Part shown: one piece after another, positions 45,572 to 54,611 of the stretch
Numbering within the stretch: the stretch's first letter is position 1
Layout: every line of letters begins with the position of its first letter
Source of the DNA: an uncultured delta proteobacterium
GTDB lineage: Bacteria > Desulfobacterota > WTBG01 > CAIYCZ01 > CAIRTM01
NCBI GenBank assembly: GCA_903911225.1
Contig: CAIWCT010000453.1
Location: 1-55,449, forward strand
DNA length: 55,449 nt
Direction: 5' to 3'
Notes under the pieces: model-generated
The model's input: only the letters and a program-made list of their open reading frames with translations
What the model was told of the DNA's origin: nothing
The model's database searches: none
Made by a program: the position numbers and the translations under genes

Positions 45572-46653
45572 TGAGCAGAAAAAAAATTGTCCGCAGCGCA
45601 GTATCGCTTGTTCTCATGACCTGTTTTTATATGGGGGCAGCCGATCCGCTTTGTGCCGCAACCAGGCCCGGTGAGCGCACCGTGACCGATCAGGCAGGCC
45701 GCAGCGTGGTGGTGCCCGTGCAGGTCAAAAAAATTCACGGCACGTCTCCCGTGGCAACGATACTGATCTATACGCTCTGCCCCGATCTGCTCGCAGGCTG
45801 GAACAATGAGCTGCGTCCCGGTGAAAGAGAATTTATTCCGGAGCCGTACCGCAGCCTGCCGAATCTTGGCGGGTGGTTCGGCAAAACCACGGGCAGCATG
45901 GAAGAGCTGATGAAGGCGCGGCCCGATATCATCGTTTCCGCCGGCTTCCACGGTGATGCCGACAAGGAGCTTGCCGAGCGCATACAGGCGCAGGTCAATA
46001 TACCTGTTGTCATGTCCGACGGATCGCTTGACGGGTTGGAAAAAGCCTACCGGTTTTTAGGCGACCTCACGGGCCGGCAAAAGCAGGCAGCCATCCTTGC
46101 CGATTACTGCCGGGACACGCTGTCCCGCATCGATACGGCCATGAAGGGCCTTCCGGATGACCGCCATACCCGCATCTATTATGCCGAGGGCGCTGCGGGG
46201 CTTGAAACCGAGCCGGCAGGCTCCGCCCATACCGACCTGCTGTCGAGGGTGGGCGGCCGCAATGTTGCGCAGGTGCCCTCGCGCGGCGGCATCGGCATGA
46301 CGCCCGTGTCCATGGAGCAGGTGCTTGCCTGGAATCCTGACGCTCTGCTCGTGTGGAACCGCAGCCAGGGCGGGGCCTATGACACTATCATGACCGATCC
46401 GCTGTGGGCGCAACTGCAGGCGATTAAAAAACGTCGCGTCTATGAAATACCCGCCGCGCCCTTTAACTGGTTTGACCGGCCGCCGTCGGTGAACCGCCTT
46501 ATCGGGCTGGTTTGGCTTTCCCGGCTCCTTCATCCCGAGAAATTTAACTGCGACATAAAGGCTGAGGTGCAACGTTTCTGCAAACTTTTTTATCATATAG
46601 AGCTGACAGACGCGCAGGTAAAAGCGCTTCTTGAGCGCGCTGGTGGCGCCTGA
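45571..46653 (+). CDS. Class III periplasmic substrate-binding protein
   Basis: Signal peptide, VTDQAGRSV, VSMEQVLAWNPD, PFNWFDRPPSVNR. Confidence 0.9.
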   Translation: MSRKKIVRSAVSLVLMTCFYMGAADPLCAATRPGERTVTDQAGRSVVVPVQVKKIHGTSPVATILIYTLCPDLLAGWNNELRPGEREFIPEPYRSLPNLGGWFGKTTGSMEELMKARPDIIVSAGFHGDADKELAERIQAQVNIPVVMSDGSLDGLEKAYRFLGDLTGRQKQAAILADYCRDTLSRIDTAMKGLPDDRHTRIYYAEGAAGLETEPAGSAHTDLLSRVGGRNVAQVPSRGGIGMTPVSMEQVLAWNPDALLVWNRSQGGAYDTIMTDPLWAQLQAIKKRRVYEIPAAPFNWFDRPPSVNRLIGLVWLSRLLHPEKFNCDIKAEVQRFCKLFYHIELTDAQVKALLERAGGA

Positions 46654-46654
46654 G

Positions 46655-47593
46655 ATGAAAAAAATAATTCCACATCCAGCCACGCGGTCTCAGGGCGCGA
46701 GCACCGCGCTCCTACACTCTGAAGGAATTTCTCCAGGCAAGTGGTGCGACAGCAGCGTGCTTGAAAAGCTCTGGCAGGCCGAGCGGCAGCAGTCGCTGTA
46801 CGCCCGGCAGCATCCTGAGCGCTCGGGGCCCGGTTGGTGGAGCAGCCGCTCCGAAAGCTATACCCGGCGCACTGGCGGCGAGCGCGGCAAGCGGCGGCAG
46901 GAGAAAGTCATAGAACTGCTTGAACAGGCCCGCTTCATTAATCAGCGGGCCGAGGTGCTTGATATCGGCTGCGGCCCGGGCAATGTCGCCCTGCCGGTGG
47001 CGCGGCGGGTGAAAAAAGTGGTGGCCCTTGACCCGTCAGCGGACATGCTTGAAATAGTGAACAAACGCGCCGCCGCCGAAGGAATAAAGAATATCGAAAC
47101 AGTACAGATGCGCTGGGAAGACGCCGATCTTGACAAACTGGGCTGGCGTGGCCGCTTTAGGCTTGCCATTGCCTCCATGACGCCGGGCATACATGACGCT
47201 GTCACGCTGCGGAAAATGAACGAAGCTTCGAACTGCGGGTGCTATTACAGCGGATTCACCCAGCGAAGAGATGCTGCACAAGAAGACCTCTGGCGGCTTT
47301 TCTATAATGAACCCATGCCGCCCCTACCCTCTGATGTGTTTTGTGTTTTTCACCTGCTCCATGCATGGGGCTATTGCCCGTCAGTGGCATTAAGCAGGGA
47401 AAGCTCGCGGAGCCAGTATGCCATTGTCGACGCGGCACAGGAATTGGGCCTGCTGATGATTCCCTATATCGAGCAGACGGCAGAGTCTCAAGAAAAAATA
47501 GAACAGTATGTCCGCTCCGCAGTCCGCAACGGAAAATTTACTCATGAGCGCTCTTTTGTGGAAGCACGAATGCTCTGGCCGGTGAAACATTGA
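46655..47593 (+). CDS. Class I SAM-dependent methyltransferase
   Basis: VLDIGCGPG, ALDPSADML, IASMTP. Confidence 0.87.
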   Translation: MKKIIPHPATRSQGASTALLHSEGISPGKWCDSSVLEKLWQAERQQSLYARQHPERSGPGWWSSRSESYTRRTGGERGKRRQEKVIELLEQARFINQRAEVLDIGCGPGNVALPVARRVKKVVALDPSADMLEIVNKRAAAEGIKNIETVQMRWEDADLDKLGWRGRFRLAIASMTPGIHDAVTLRKMNEASNCGCYYSGFTQRRDAAQEDLWRLFYNEPMPPLPSDVFCVFHLLHAWGYCPSVALSRESSRSQYAIVDAAQELGLLMIPYIEQTAESQEKIEQYVRSAVRNGKFTHERSFVEARMLWPVKH

Positions 47594-47703
47594 AAGAGTG
47601 CGCCGATGGAAACTGTTTTGATTCATTTACTATAGGTAAGAAGAACTGACCCGGCATAGTGTACGGGTTTTTCTGAAACAGCGGGTTAAGCCGGGGTTTC
47701 AGC

Positions 47704-48243
47704 CTATTTCTGCATCAGGCTGGCTATGATATCCGGCAGGCTGTCGCGGTTGCCCTCGGTCAGTTCGATCACCTTGCTTTTGCCATGAGCGCGGATGGCA
47801 TCCAGCAGCGGTGATGCCTGCGGCTTGATTACGCCCAGCACCGGTAGCTTGCCGTCCAGTAGGCGAAGCACGGCTGTGCAGAAGCTTGGCGAGTTCTGTT
47901 CCATCACGCCCAACTCGTCCATGACGATAATGTCGGCATCAGGCGGGGTAGCTGCCAGTATCTCGCAGCCGCCGGTCTCAAAGGCCTCGGCATAGGCGGT
48001 GAACTTGTTGTTGCCCCAGCGAATGCCTACGAGATGATCTTTATCAAGCGCGGCCTCGCCGTTAGCCGGAACGATATAGACCGCGCCGAGAGCCTCCGGG
48101 ATATCGGTCGATGACCTGACCGTGCGGAAACCGCCGATCCGCCGGGGCTGCAGCAGCTTGAGCGCCGCATTGACAGCCGTAGATTTGCCGCTGCGTATGG
48201 CGCCGGTAAGAAACACATTCGGTATCTGATGACGATCGCGCAT
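47704..48243 (-). CDS. Nucleoside-triphosphatase (THEP1/NTPase_1 family)
   Basis: VFLTGAIRSGKST, GGFRT, IVMDELGVME; alternative start 48294. Confidence 0.85.
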   Translation of the reverse strand: MRDRHQIPNVFLTGAIRSGKSTAVNAALKLLQPRRIGGFRTVRSSTDIPEALGAVYIVPANGEAALDKDHLVGIRWGNNKFTAYAEAFETGGCEILAATPPDADIIVMDELGVMEQNSPSFCTAVLRLLDGKLPVLGVIKPQASPLLDAIRAHGKSKVIELTEGNRDSLPDIIASLMQK

Positions 48244-48290
48244 GGTTCTATCCCTATGCATGCTCTGTTTCCACACCGAAATCAAATCAT

Positions 48291-48464
48291 TCATTTTTCC
48301 TTCCGTACTCCTTTGAAGGGTGTGCCATCCGACTTTTGATCCATGAATTGCCCGGTTTCACTATCTCTCTTTATCCAGCGATCATTCTGCGGATTGAAAG
48401 TCTGACTACGGCCCGTTACGGCGCCATGTCTGTGATTGTCTCCAGGGGGTGTTTTTTTTGCCAT
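48291..48464 (-). CDS. Small basic hypothetical protein (57 aa)
   Basis: RBS AAAGGAG; MAKK..GAVTGRSQTFNP..WIKRD..TGQFMD.K..PFKGVRKEK. Confidence 0.75.
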   Translation of the reverse strand: MAKKTPPGDNHRHGAVTGRSQTFNPQNDRWIKRDSETGQFMDQKSDGTPFKGVRKEK

Positions 48465-48491
48465 AATAAAAACTCCTTTGAAGGGTTGATT

Positions 48492-48534
48492 TTGGTTGAC
48501 AATATAGTATAATTTAGTAGGATTTGTCAACCAA
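48492..48534. promoter_or_regulatory. Overlapping divergent promoters within an inverted repeat
   Basis: TTGGTTGACAA-N21-TTGTCAACCAA; each arm holds a TTGACA; TAGGAT (+, N16) and TATATT (-, N18). Confidence 0.6.
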
Positions 48535-48629
48535 CAGGGGAGCTTAAAAATTTTCGGCATTTTTTCCCTTCCAAGCAATTTACTGGCTTAATTGATTTCA
48601 AAGTTATTATAGAAACAAAAGGTGAGACA

Positions 48630-49799
48630 ATGAACCGCATTAAACAAATGCGTTTAGCAAAAGGGTTCTCTCTTGAAGCCCTCGCAAAGGCAATGGAGGG
48701 AGCGGTCACGAAACAGGCGCTTTCAAAGTACGAAAAGGGGCTGGCAAAACCAACTGCAACAGTGGCAGTTCGCCTTGCTGCAGCTCTTGGTGTTAAAACC
48801 TTGCAATTATGGGAAGAGCCTGCTGTGACCGTAGAGTTTGTCGCCTACCGGAGGCTTTCTCGTCTTGGGAAAAAAGAACAGGTCCGCATTGAAGCATTAA
48901 CGACAAAAACACTGGAAGACCGGTGCCGTTTGCAGGGCAAGCTGGGGCTCGAGAGCTCTTTTGAGCAAATCATTTCGCACTACCCGATTTATAAGATTGA
49001 AGAGGCAGAGCATGCGGCTGCCGGTATGCGGAAACAGTGGAATTTGGGGGTAGATGCTATTCATGATTTAACCGGTATTTTGGAAGATCGTCTTATTCAT
49101 GTTCTTGAGCTTGACGCGCAAAGAGAATTTGACGGTATTTCCGCTATAGCAAAAAATAAAAGCGGACGAATAATCGCCGGAGCTGTCACATCGCGCAAGG
49201 TAGTTGCCGGCGAACGGCAGCGTATGAACCTTGCCCATGAACTGGGTCACCTTGTTTTAAAGCCGACAAAGGGATGCGATGAAGAGAAAGCCGCCTTTAG
49301 ATTCGCAGGAGCTTTTTTGCTGCCGGAAGAATCTCTTAAAAGAGAAATAGGGGAGCGAAGGAGTAATATTCAGCTTGCGGAATTACTTGCCTTAAAAAGA
49401 AGATTTAAAGTCAGCATACAGGCTGTTTTATACCGTATGCTCGATTTAGATGTCATTTCCGAATCGTTATATAAGCAGTGGGCAATCACAATAAGCCAGC
49501 AACGCTGGCGCAAACAGGAGCCGGAATCTATAACGCCTGAAAAGTCTGATTGGCTTAATCGTATGCTTTCACGTGCGCTGGCTGAAGGCATTATTACTAC
49601 AGAAGAAGCAGAAAATATGTCTGGCAGCATTCAACTTGAAGATTTGCCTGCACCTACAAAACGCGCGGAGTTTTTACGCTTGCCACTTGAAGAACGCCGC
49701 AAACTCCTTAAGGCCCAGGCTGAGCATTTACATAAATATTATGAAAGCTTACGTGACGAATTGGATCTAGAAACCAGCGAGGGGTTAGAAGATGACTAA
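48630..49799 (+). CDS. XRE HTH plus ImmA/IrrE metallopeptidase with an extra C-terminal tail
   Basis: RIKQMRLAKGFSLEALA..VTKQALSKYE; AHELGH (HEXXH); E..A..FA..FLLP. Confidence 0.9.
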   Translation: MNRIKQMRLAKGFSLEALAKAMEGAVTKQALSKYEKGLAKPTATVAVRLAAALGVKTLQLWEEPAVTVEFVAYRRLSRLGKKEQVRIEALTTKTLEDRCRLQGKLGLESSFEQIISHYPIYKIEEAEHAAAGMRKQWNLGVDAIHDLTGILEDRLIHVLELDAQREFDGISAIAKNKSGRIIAGAVTSRKVVAGERQRMNLAHELGHLVLKPTKGCDEEKAAFRFAGAFLLPEESLKREIGERRSNIQLAELLALKRRFKVSIQAVLYRMLDLDVISESLYKQWAITISQQRWRKQEPESITPEKSDWLNRMLSRALAEGIITTEEAENMSGSIQLEDLPAPTKRAEFLRLPLEERRKLLKAQAEHLHKYYESLRDELDLETSEGLEDD

Positions 49800-50145
49800 T
49801 AGTCCTAAGAGGGGGGAAGTTTGGTTTGTCGATTTTAATCCGACCAAGGGCAAAGAAATACATAAAATAAGGCCCGCTGTGGTAATCAGCTCAGATTATA
49901 TAGGCAAACTGCCATTGAAGCTGGTTATTCCTATCACTGAATGGCAGGAAGCTTTTAAAGAGAATATTTGGCATGTACAATTAATACCGTCTGCAGAAAA
50001 CGGCCTAAAAAAAGCTTCTGCTGTCGATGCGTTGCAGACCCGCAGTGTTGATGTCCTCCGTTTTAAAAACAAAATTGGTTCAATCAAAGACGTACAGCTA
50101 TTGGATATTTTGCAGGCGTTGGCGGCTGTAGTTGAATTGGCGTAA
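49792..50145 (+). CDS. PemK/MazF family endoribonuclease toxin
   Basis: KRGEVWFVDFNPTKGKEIHKIRPAVVIS, NGL, QTRSVD. Confidence 0.92.
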   Translation: MTNSPKRGEVWFVDFNPTKGKEIHKIRPAVVISSDYIGKLPLKLVIPITEWQEAFKENIWHVQLIPSAENGLKKASAVDALQTRSVDVLRFKNKIGSIKDVQLLDILQALAAVVELA

Positions 50146-50284
50146 ATCCAGTCTTATAGTTATATGGTTTTGATTGTAGAAAAATACTAAAGATCAAAAA
50201 ACCCCGCATCGCCTCCTTTCTTGCGCCTGTTTCTATTCCGTGGTATCCTATTAATCTTGTATAATTTTTTTTGGAGATTCAGGC

Positions 50285-50812
50285 ATGGAAGAACAGAAAT
50301 ATGCAATTCGCCGCGAACAGTATCCCGACGGCACGGTGCGGGCCGAGCTCAGCTATACCTATGACGGCAAGCAGAACGGCGTTACAAAAACTTTTTACCC
50401 CAATGGAACCATTGCCGCTGAGATGACCTATAAGGACAACCTGCTTGATGGCCCCACGCGCCACTTTCATGAAAACGGCAACCTGAAAGCGGAATTTTTC
50501 TATGTAGCCAATGTCCGCGAAGGCAGCTTTACAGCCTATTATGATGACGGCATCAAACAAACCGAGGCGGTGTACAAACAGGGCAAGCTTGAAGGGCCGT
50601 ATAAAGTCTATTATGAAGAGGGCGTTATCCGGGAAGAGGCAAATTTTATCAACAATGTGCGCGAAGGTGTCGGCACTACCTATCACCCGAACGGCAAGAT
50701 TGAAATTAAAGCTGATTTTAAAGAGGGCCGCATGCTCTCCTATGAGCAGTTTGATGAAAACGGCAGCCAGAAACAAACGATCAATTGCGGTGACGCAATC
50801 AGGATAAGCTGA
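50285..50812 (+). CDS. MORN-variant repeat protein (YwqK-like)
   Basis: Repeated G..K.YY.NG....E..Y.. units. Confidence 0.85.
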   Translation: MEEQKYAIRREQYPDGTVRAELSYTYDGKQNGVTKTFYPNGTIAAEMTYKDNLLDGPTRHFHENGNLKAEFFYVANVREGSFTAYYDDGIKQTEAVYKQGKLEGPYKVYYEEGVIREEANFINNVREGVGTTYHPNGKIEIKADFKEGRMLSYEQFDENGSQKQTINCGDAIRIS

Positions 50813-50829
50813 GCACGGAAAGAAGTCCT

Positions 50830-51432
50830 ATGGATACAGCCGTCATCAGAGCCATCAACCGCCTCTGGCTACCGGTCTATCCCGGCCTTGCGCGGCAGGC
50901 GGCAGAGCAGTGCCTGCAGCAGCCGAGCAGAATGCTCGAGGTTGGCTGTTTTTCCGGCGGCACAGGCCTTGAGCTTTTAAAGATGTTTCCGCACAGCTCG
51001 CTTGACATCGCCCTTGAGATACCAGGTCTTGCAGAAACCTTTTATGATGACTGGCCGGCCGTGCTTTCGGGCCGTGATGCCGGCCGCATCACTATCGTCT
51101 CAACACCCCTTTTTCCCCTTGCCAGTGCCGATAATGCCTATGATCTTGTGATCTGCCGGGGCGTTTTTTTCTTTCTTGACGAGAAGGGCAGTCTGCTTGC
51201 CGAGATGTATCGCGCTTTAGCCCCGGGCGGCATTGTGTTTGCCGGCGGCGGGTTCGGCAGCCACACGCCGCAAGCGGTGATCAACCCCATTGCCGATGAG
51301 TCTCGCCGCCTTAATTATGAACTGGGCAAGCGGGTGGTATCGCCGCAGCAGTTCAGGGCGATGCTTGACCGTAACAGCATCAGGGCTGATATAATCCAGG
51401 ACGGCGGGCTCTGGGCGATTATGAAGAAATAA
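50830..51432 (+). CDS. Class I SAM-dependent methyltransferase
   Basis: LEVGCFSGG, YDLVICRG, YRALAPGG. Confidence 0.8.
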   Translation: MDTAVIRAINRLWLPVYPGLARQAAEQCLQQPSRMLEVGCFSGGTGLELLKMFPHSSLDIALEIPGLAETFYDDWPAVLSGRDAGRITIVSTPLFPLASADNAYDLVICRGVFFFLDEKGSLLAEMYRALAPGGIVFAGGGFGSHTPQAVINPIADESRRLNYELGKRVVSPQQFRAMLDRNSIRADIIQDGGLWAIMKK

Positions 51433-51455
51433 GACCTGCTTCAAACCGTGGAGTT

Positions 51456-52076
51456 ATGGCTGCTGGTTTTTCATTTTTTCAGTTCGATACTCCATTGGGC
51501 ACTGCCGGTATTGTCTGGCGTATGTCCGCCGGCACTGCACGGATTATCCGGATATTCTTGCCTGCTGAAAAGTGCGCTATAAAATGCAGCATACAGAAGC
51601 AGTTCCCTGCAGCTGCTCCCGGTACGCATCCTGCCATTGATACTATCTCACAAAAAATAGAGGCCTTTGCTTCCGGCAGCCAGGTTGTTTTTTCCTTTGC
51701 TATGCTTGATTGGGAGGTGTGCCCGCCGTTTCAGCAGCGCGTGCTGCGTACAGAGGCCCGGATCCCCCGCGGCAGGGTCAGCACCTATGGCAGAATTGCA
51801 GCCCATATTTCCGCTCCGCGTGCAGCGCGAGCCGTGGGGCATGCCCTGGCACTAAATCCTTTCCCTCTGATTATCCCGTGCCACCGCGCTGTGCGCAGCG
51901 ACGGCGGACTTGGCGGCTTTCAGGGAGGGCTTGCCATGAAGCGCAGGCTGCTGGAGCTGGAAGGTGTTGCTTTTTCGCCGTCAGGAAAAGCTATCTTAAG
52001 CAAGCCAACAGTTTCTATCGGGTTTAACCCAAACGATATAAATAAAAACTTTCCGATCCGGCACCCCCTTTATTAG
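51456..52076 (+). CDS. ogt: Methylated-DNA--protein-cysteine methyltransferase
   Basis: FQQRV, IPRG..TYG, AARAVG, IPCHR, LLELEG. Confidence 0.92.
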   Translation: MAAGFSFFQFDTPLGTAGIVWRMSAGTARIIRIFLPAEKCAIKCSIQKQFPAAAPGTHPAIDTISQKIEAFASGSQVVFSFAMLDWEVCPPFQQRVLRTEARIPRGRVSTYGRIAAHISAPRAARAVGHALALNPFPLIIPCHRAVRSDGGLGGFQGGLAMKRRLLELEGVAFSPSGKAILSKPTVSIGFNPNDINKNFPIRHPLY

Positions 52077-52089
52077 GGGCCGCATAAAA

Positions 52090-52779
52090 TTATGTATCAT
52101 CAGCCGGTTCCATGGCCGCTATCCGCCATCTTCGACCATCTTTTTCAAAAGCCGCATAATAGTCTTTTGCTACCGTGCAGCAGGCATCACTTTCGGATAA
52201 AACACTACCGGTCAGGCAAAGGATTTCACCGAGTTCATTATGCTTGATATACATCCGGCATCTGAAAAGCGTGGTCTTTTTCGGCTCGTTTCGCAGGATG
52301 GGTTTGATAATGCAGAGGACTTCATCCACATTCACTTCACCCAGCTTTACATACAGCTTGTTTTCATTTTTTGAGGCAATGAACCGTTCCAGCTTGTGTG
52401 ATAACTCCAGGGTATAATGAGTGTTTCCATTTTCACCGGTCTCGCGCATGGTAAGCAATCCCGCTTTATGGAGCAACTTTGCCGCCTGCATGGAGGACTC
52501 ATAAGCAACCTGCGTATCGCCCCCGGCGGTAATTTGCTTGGGTGCATCGGCATATAACAGAACCTGCACCAGCGACGGGCAGATTATATGGCTGCTGGTC
52601 TCAATAATTTCTTTGGCTTCGTCTTTGGAAAGTTCACCCGAGCATGACGCTGAAATAAAAGCACACGTAACTGCTGCGGTTACGAGAGCACCCCAGAGCG
52701 CAATCAAACTGAATCTTTGGTGTTTTTTTTGACTGCAAACAAATTTTTGCCTGTCGTGTCCTTCTCTGATATTGACCAT
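52090..52779 (-). CDS. Hypothetical exported protein or lipoprotein
   Basis: RBS GGAGG, hydrophobic segment ending SASC. Confidence 0.65.
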   Translation of the reverse strand: MVNIREGHDRQKFVCSQKKHQRFSLIALWGALVTAAVTCAFISASCSGELSKDEAKEIIETSSHIICPSLVQVLLYADAPKQITAGGDTQVAYESSMQAAKLLHKAGLLTMRETGENGNTHYTLELSHKLERFIASKNENKLYVKLGEVNVDEVLCIIKPILRNEPKKTTLFRCRMYIKHNELGEILCLTGSVLSESDACCTVAKDYYAAFEKDGRRWRIAAMEPADDT

Positions 52780-52947
52780 ATTTCACGCCTCCTGTGACTG
52801 ACATCTATGCTGCGTATCGTTTTATGCAACTGTTCGGCAGGGCCTGTATCTGTGCCGTCAAATTTTTCAGGCAAGGCAATTTAGATTCATGTAGTAAAAG
52901 ATCCGATTCGGATTTATCAGCCTTTTGTTTTTCAATTGTATCCTGAT

Positions 52948-52985
52948 GGCAATGACAACTGTTGACATTGCCGCTGCTTTATAAT
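52948..52985 (+). promoter_or_regulatory. Palindromic operator and -10 box upstream of the WYL gene
   Basis: GGCAATGACAAC-T-GTTGACATTGCC (one mismatch); TATAAT at 52980. Confidence 0.55.
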
Positions 52986-53014
52986 CAAATGTAGTTCTAA
53001 AAGGAGGCAGACCA

Positions 53015-54037
53015 ATGGAGCACAAAAAACCAACCTACACAACAGCGCTTCGCATGGCGCAGTTGGTTGCGCTGCTTGCCCGCTCTTGGCGGCCTGTGCC
53101 GCTTGAGGAGATAACAGGCATACTGGGCATTTCGGCGCGAACTGCGCAGCGCTACCGCAAGGCATTAAACGATGGGCTTTCGGCTTCATCTGAAAAACAG
53201 TTTTTGGAGGTAATGCGTACCGATGGCATTGAAAAATGGAGCCTTGCCGGGCAAAGCGAACAGACCGCCCCGACTGCGTTTCGGGTCATCTCGCTGGCTG
53301 TTGCCAAAGCAATACTCAAAAGCCTTGAAGGAACGGTGATAACGGAAAATGTCGCGGCAGTGCAGCAAACTCTTTTACAAGGGCTGCAGCCGTCAAAGCG
53401 ACGGGAGTTGGAAGATGCCGATAAAAAGTTTCGCTACTCGGGTTTCGGCAGAAAAAACTATGCCGGGCAGGATATAGCGCTCACAAAAATACTTCGCGGC
53501 CTTTTGCATCAGCGTATGCTGAAAGTCAGGTATTATGCGCAGTGGAAAGAAAAGGAGAAGGAGCACATCCTTGCGCCCTATACGCTGCTGCTCCATGATG
53601 ACGCGCTCTATCTCATTGGAGCCATCAAGGGGAAAAAGCAGGTGACAACCTTTGCCGTTGAACGGCTGCGCGATGTCGCGCTCACCGGAGAGACATTTCG
53701 CGTGCCTGCTGATTACTGCCCAGATGCAGTCATAGACGGATCATTTGGTATTTACCAGAAGCCGGGCAGCCAGGAACGTTTTACGGTGAAAATTGAATTC
53801 AGCGAAACCTTGCATGACTATATTACAACCAGGCTGTGGCACCCCACACAGCGCTTTTCAGCCGTCAAAAAAGGCTCTTTCACCATGCAGGCAAGCCTTA
53901 CCAACACCCGCGAGTTTATTCCGTGGGTGCTGCAGTACGGCAGCGATGCAAAAGTGCTTGAACCCGCATGGCTGCGGGAGGAAGTATGCAAGGAGCTTAA
54001 TAAAGCACTCGGCAGATATGCTGCAGAAAGCGCTTAA
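53015..54037 (+). CDS. WYL-domain transcriptional regulator (HTH-WYL-WCX)
   Basis: LGISARTAQRY HTH; PYTL....ALYL, TFAVERL; WHPTQ; WVLQYGSDAKVLEPAWLRE. Confidence 0.92.
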   Translation: MEHKKPTYTTALRMAQLVALLARSWRPVPLEEITGILGISARTAQRYRKALNDGLSASSEKQFLEVMRTDGIEKWSLAGQSEQTAPTAFRVISLAVAKAILKSLEGTVITENVAAVQQTLLQGLQPSKRRELEDADKKFRYSGFGRKNYAGQDIALTKILRGLLHQRMLKVRYYAQWKEKEKEHILAPYTLLLHDDALYLIGAIKGKKQVTTFAVERLRDVALTGETFRVPADYCPDAVIDGSFGIYQKPGSQERFTVKIEFSETLHDYITTRLWHPTQRFSAVKKGSFTMQASLTNTREFIPWVLQYGSDAKVLEPAWLREEVCKELNKALGRYAAESA

Positions 54038-54134
54038 AACGATTGAAAAAACGTTTCCAAAGCAAGAGGCAGCGTGTAGTATGGAATACAATATAAGCAT
54101 TTTTAATGTTTTGTGAATTTGGGGGAACTTCTTC

Positions 54135-54506
54135 ATGGGCAGCTACGTTCACAATAATCTCATCAGCGGCGAGCAGGTTGTTTATGAAGCCCGCCTGCAC
54201 TGGATTATTTTCTTCTCTTTGCGCTCCGTTTTTACCCTGTTAATCTTTCCCCTTATCGACCGCTGGACAAGCGAGTTTGCCATCACCAACAAGCGGGTCA
54301 TTATGAAAGTCGGCCTCATCTGGCGTAAGGCCCTTGAAATGAACCTCTCAAAAATCGAGTCCGTCAATGTCGATCAAACCATCATGGGCAGAATCCTTGG
54401 CTACGGCGCCATCACCATCATCGGCACCGGCGGCACACGGGAATCGTTTCACCGCATTTCAAAGCCCATGGAGTTCCGGCGGGTGTTTCAGGAGACGCAG
54501 AGTTAG
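54135..54506 (+). CDS. Bacterial PH (bPH_2) domain membrane protein
   Basis: LISGEQV, EFAITNKRVI..G, IESVNVDQ..GRILGYG. Confidence 0.87.
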   Translation: MGSYVHNNLISGEQVVYEARLHWIIFFSLRSVFTLLIFPLIDRWTSEFAITNKRVIMKVGLIWRKALEMNLSKIESVNVDQTIMGRILGYGAITIIGTGGTRESFHRISKPMEFRRVFQETQS

Positions 54507-54611
54507 GGTTTTCATAGTACAACAACAATACGGTTCTTTATAAAAGGGCTAAACGGTTACAAGGATAGATGCGCGACGCGAAAGAACGGAGGAAAACATT
54601 GTGCCTGTAAC

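Noticed and set aside
50285-50812. YwqK-like protein as antitoxin of the PemK toxin
   Set aside because: Generic MORN-variant repeats, separated by about 140 bp; no known link to PemK
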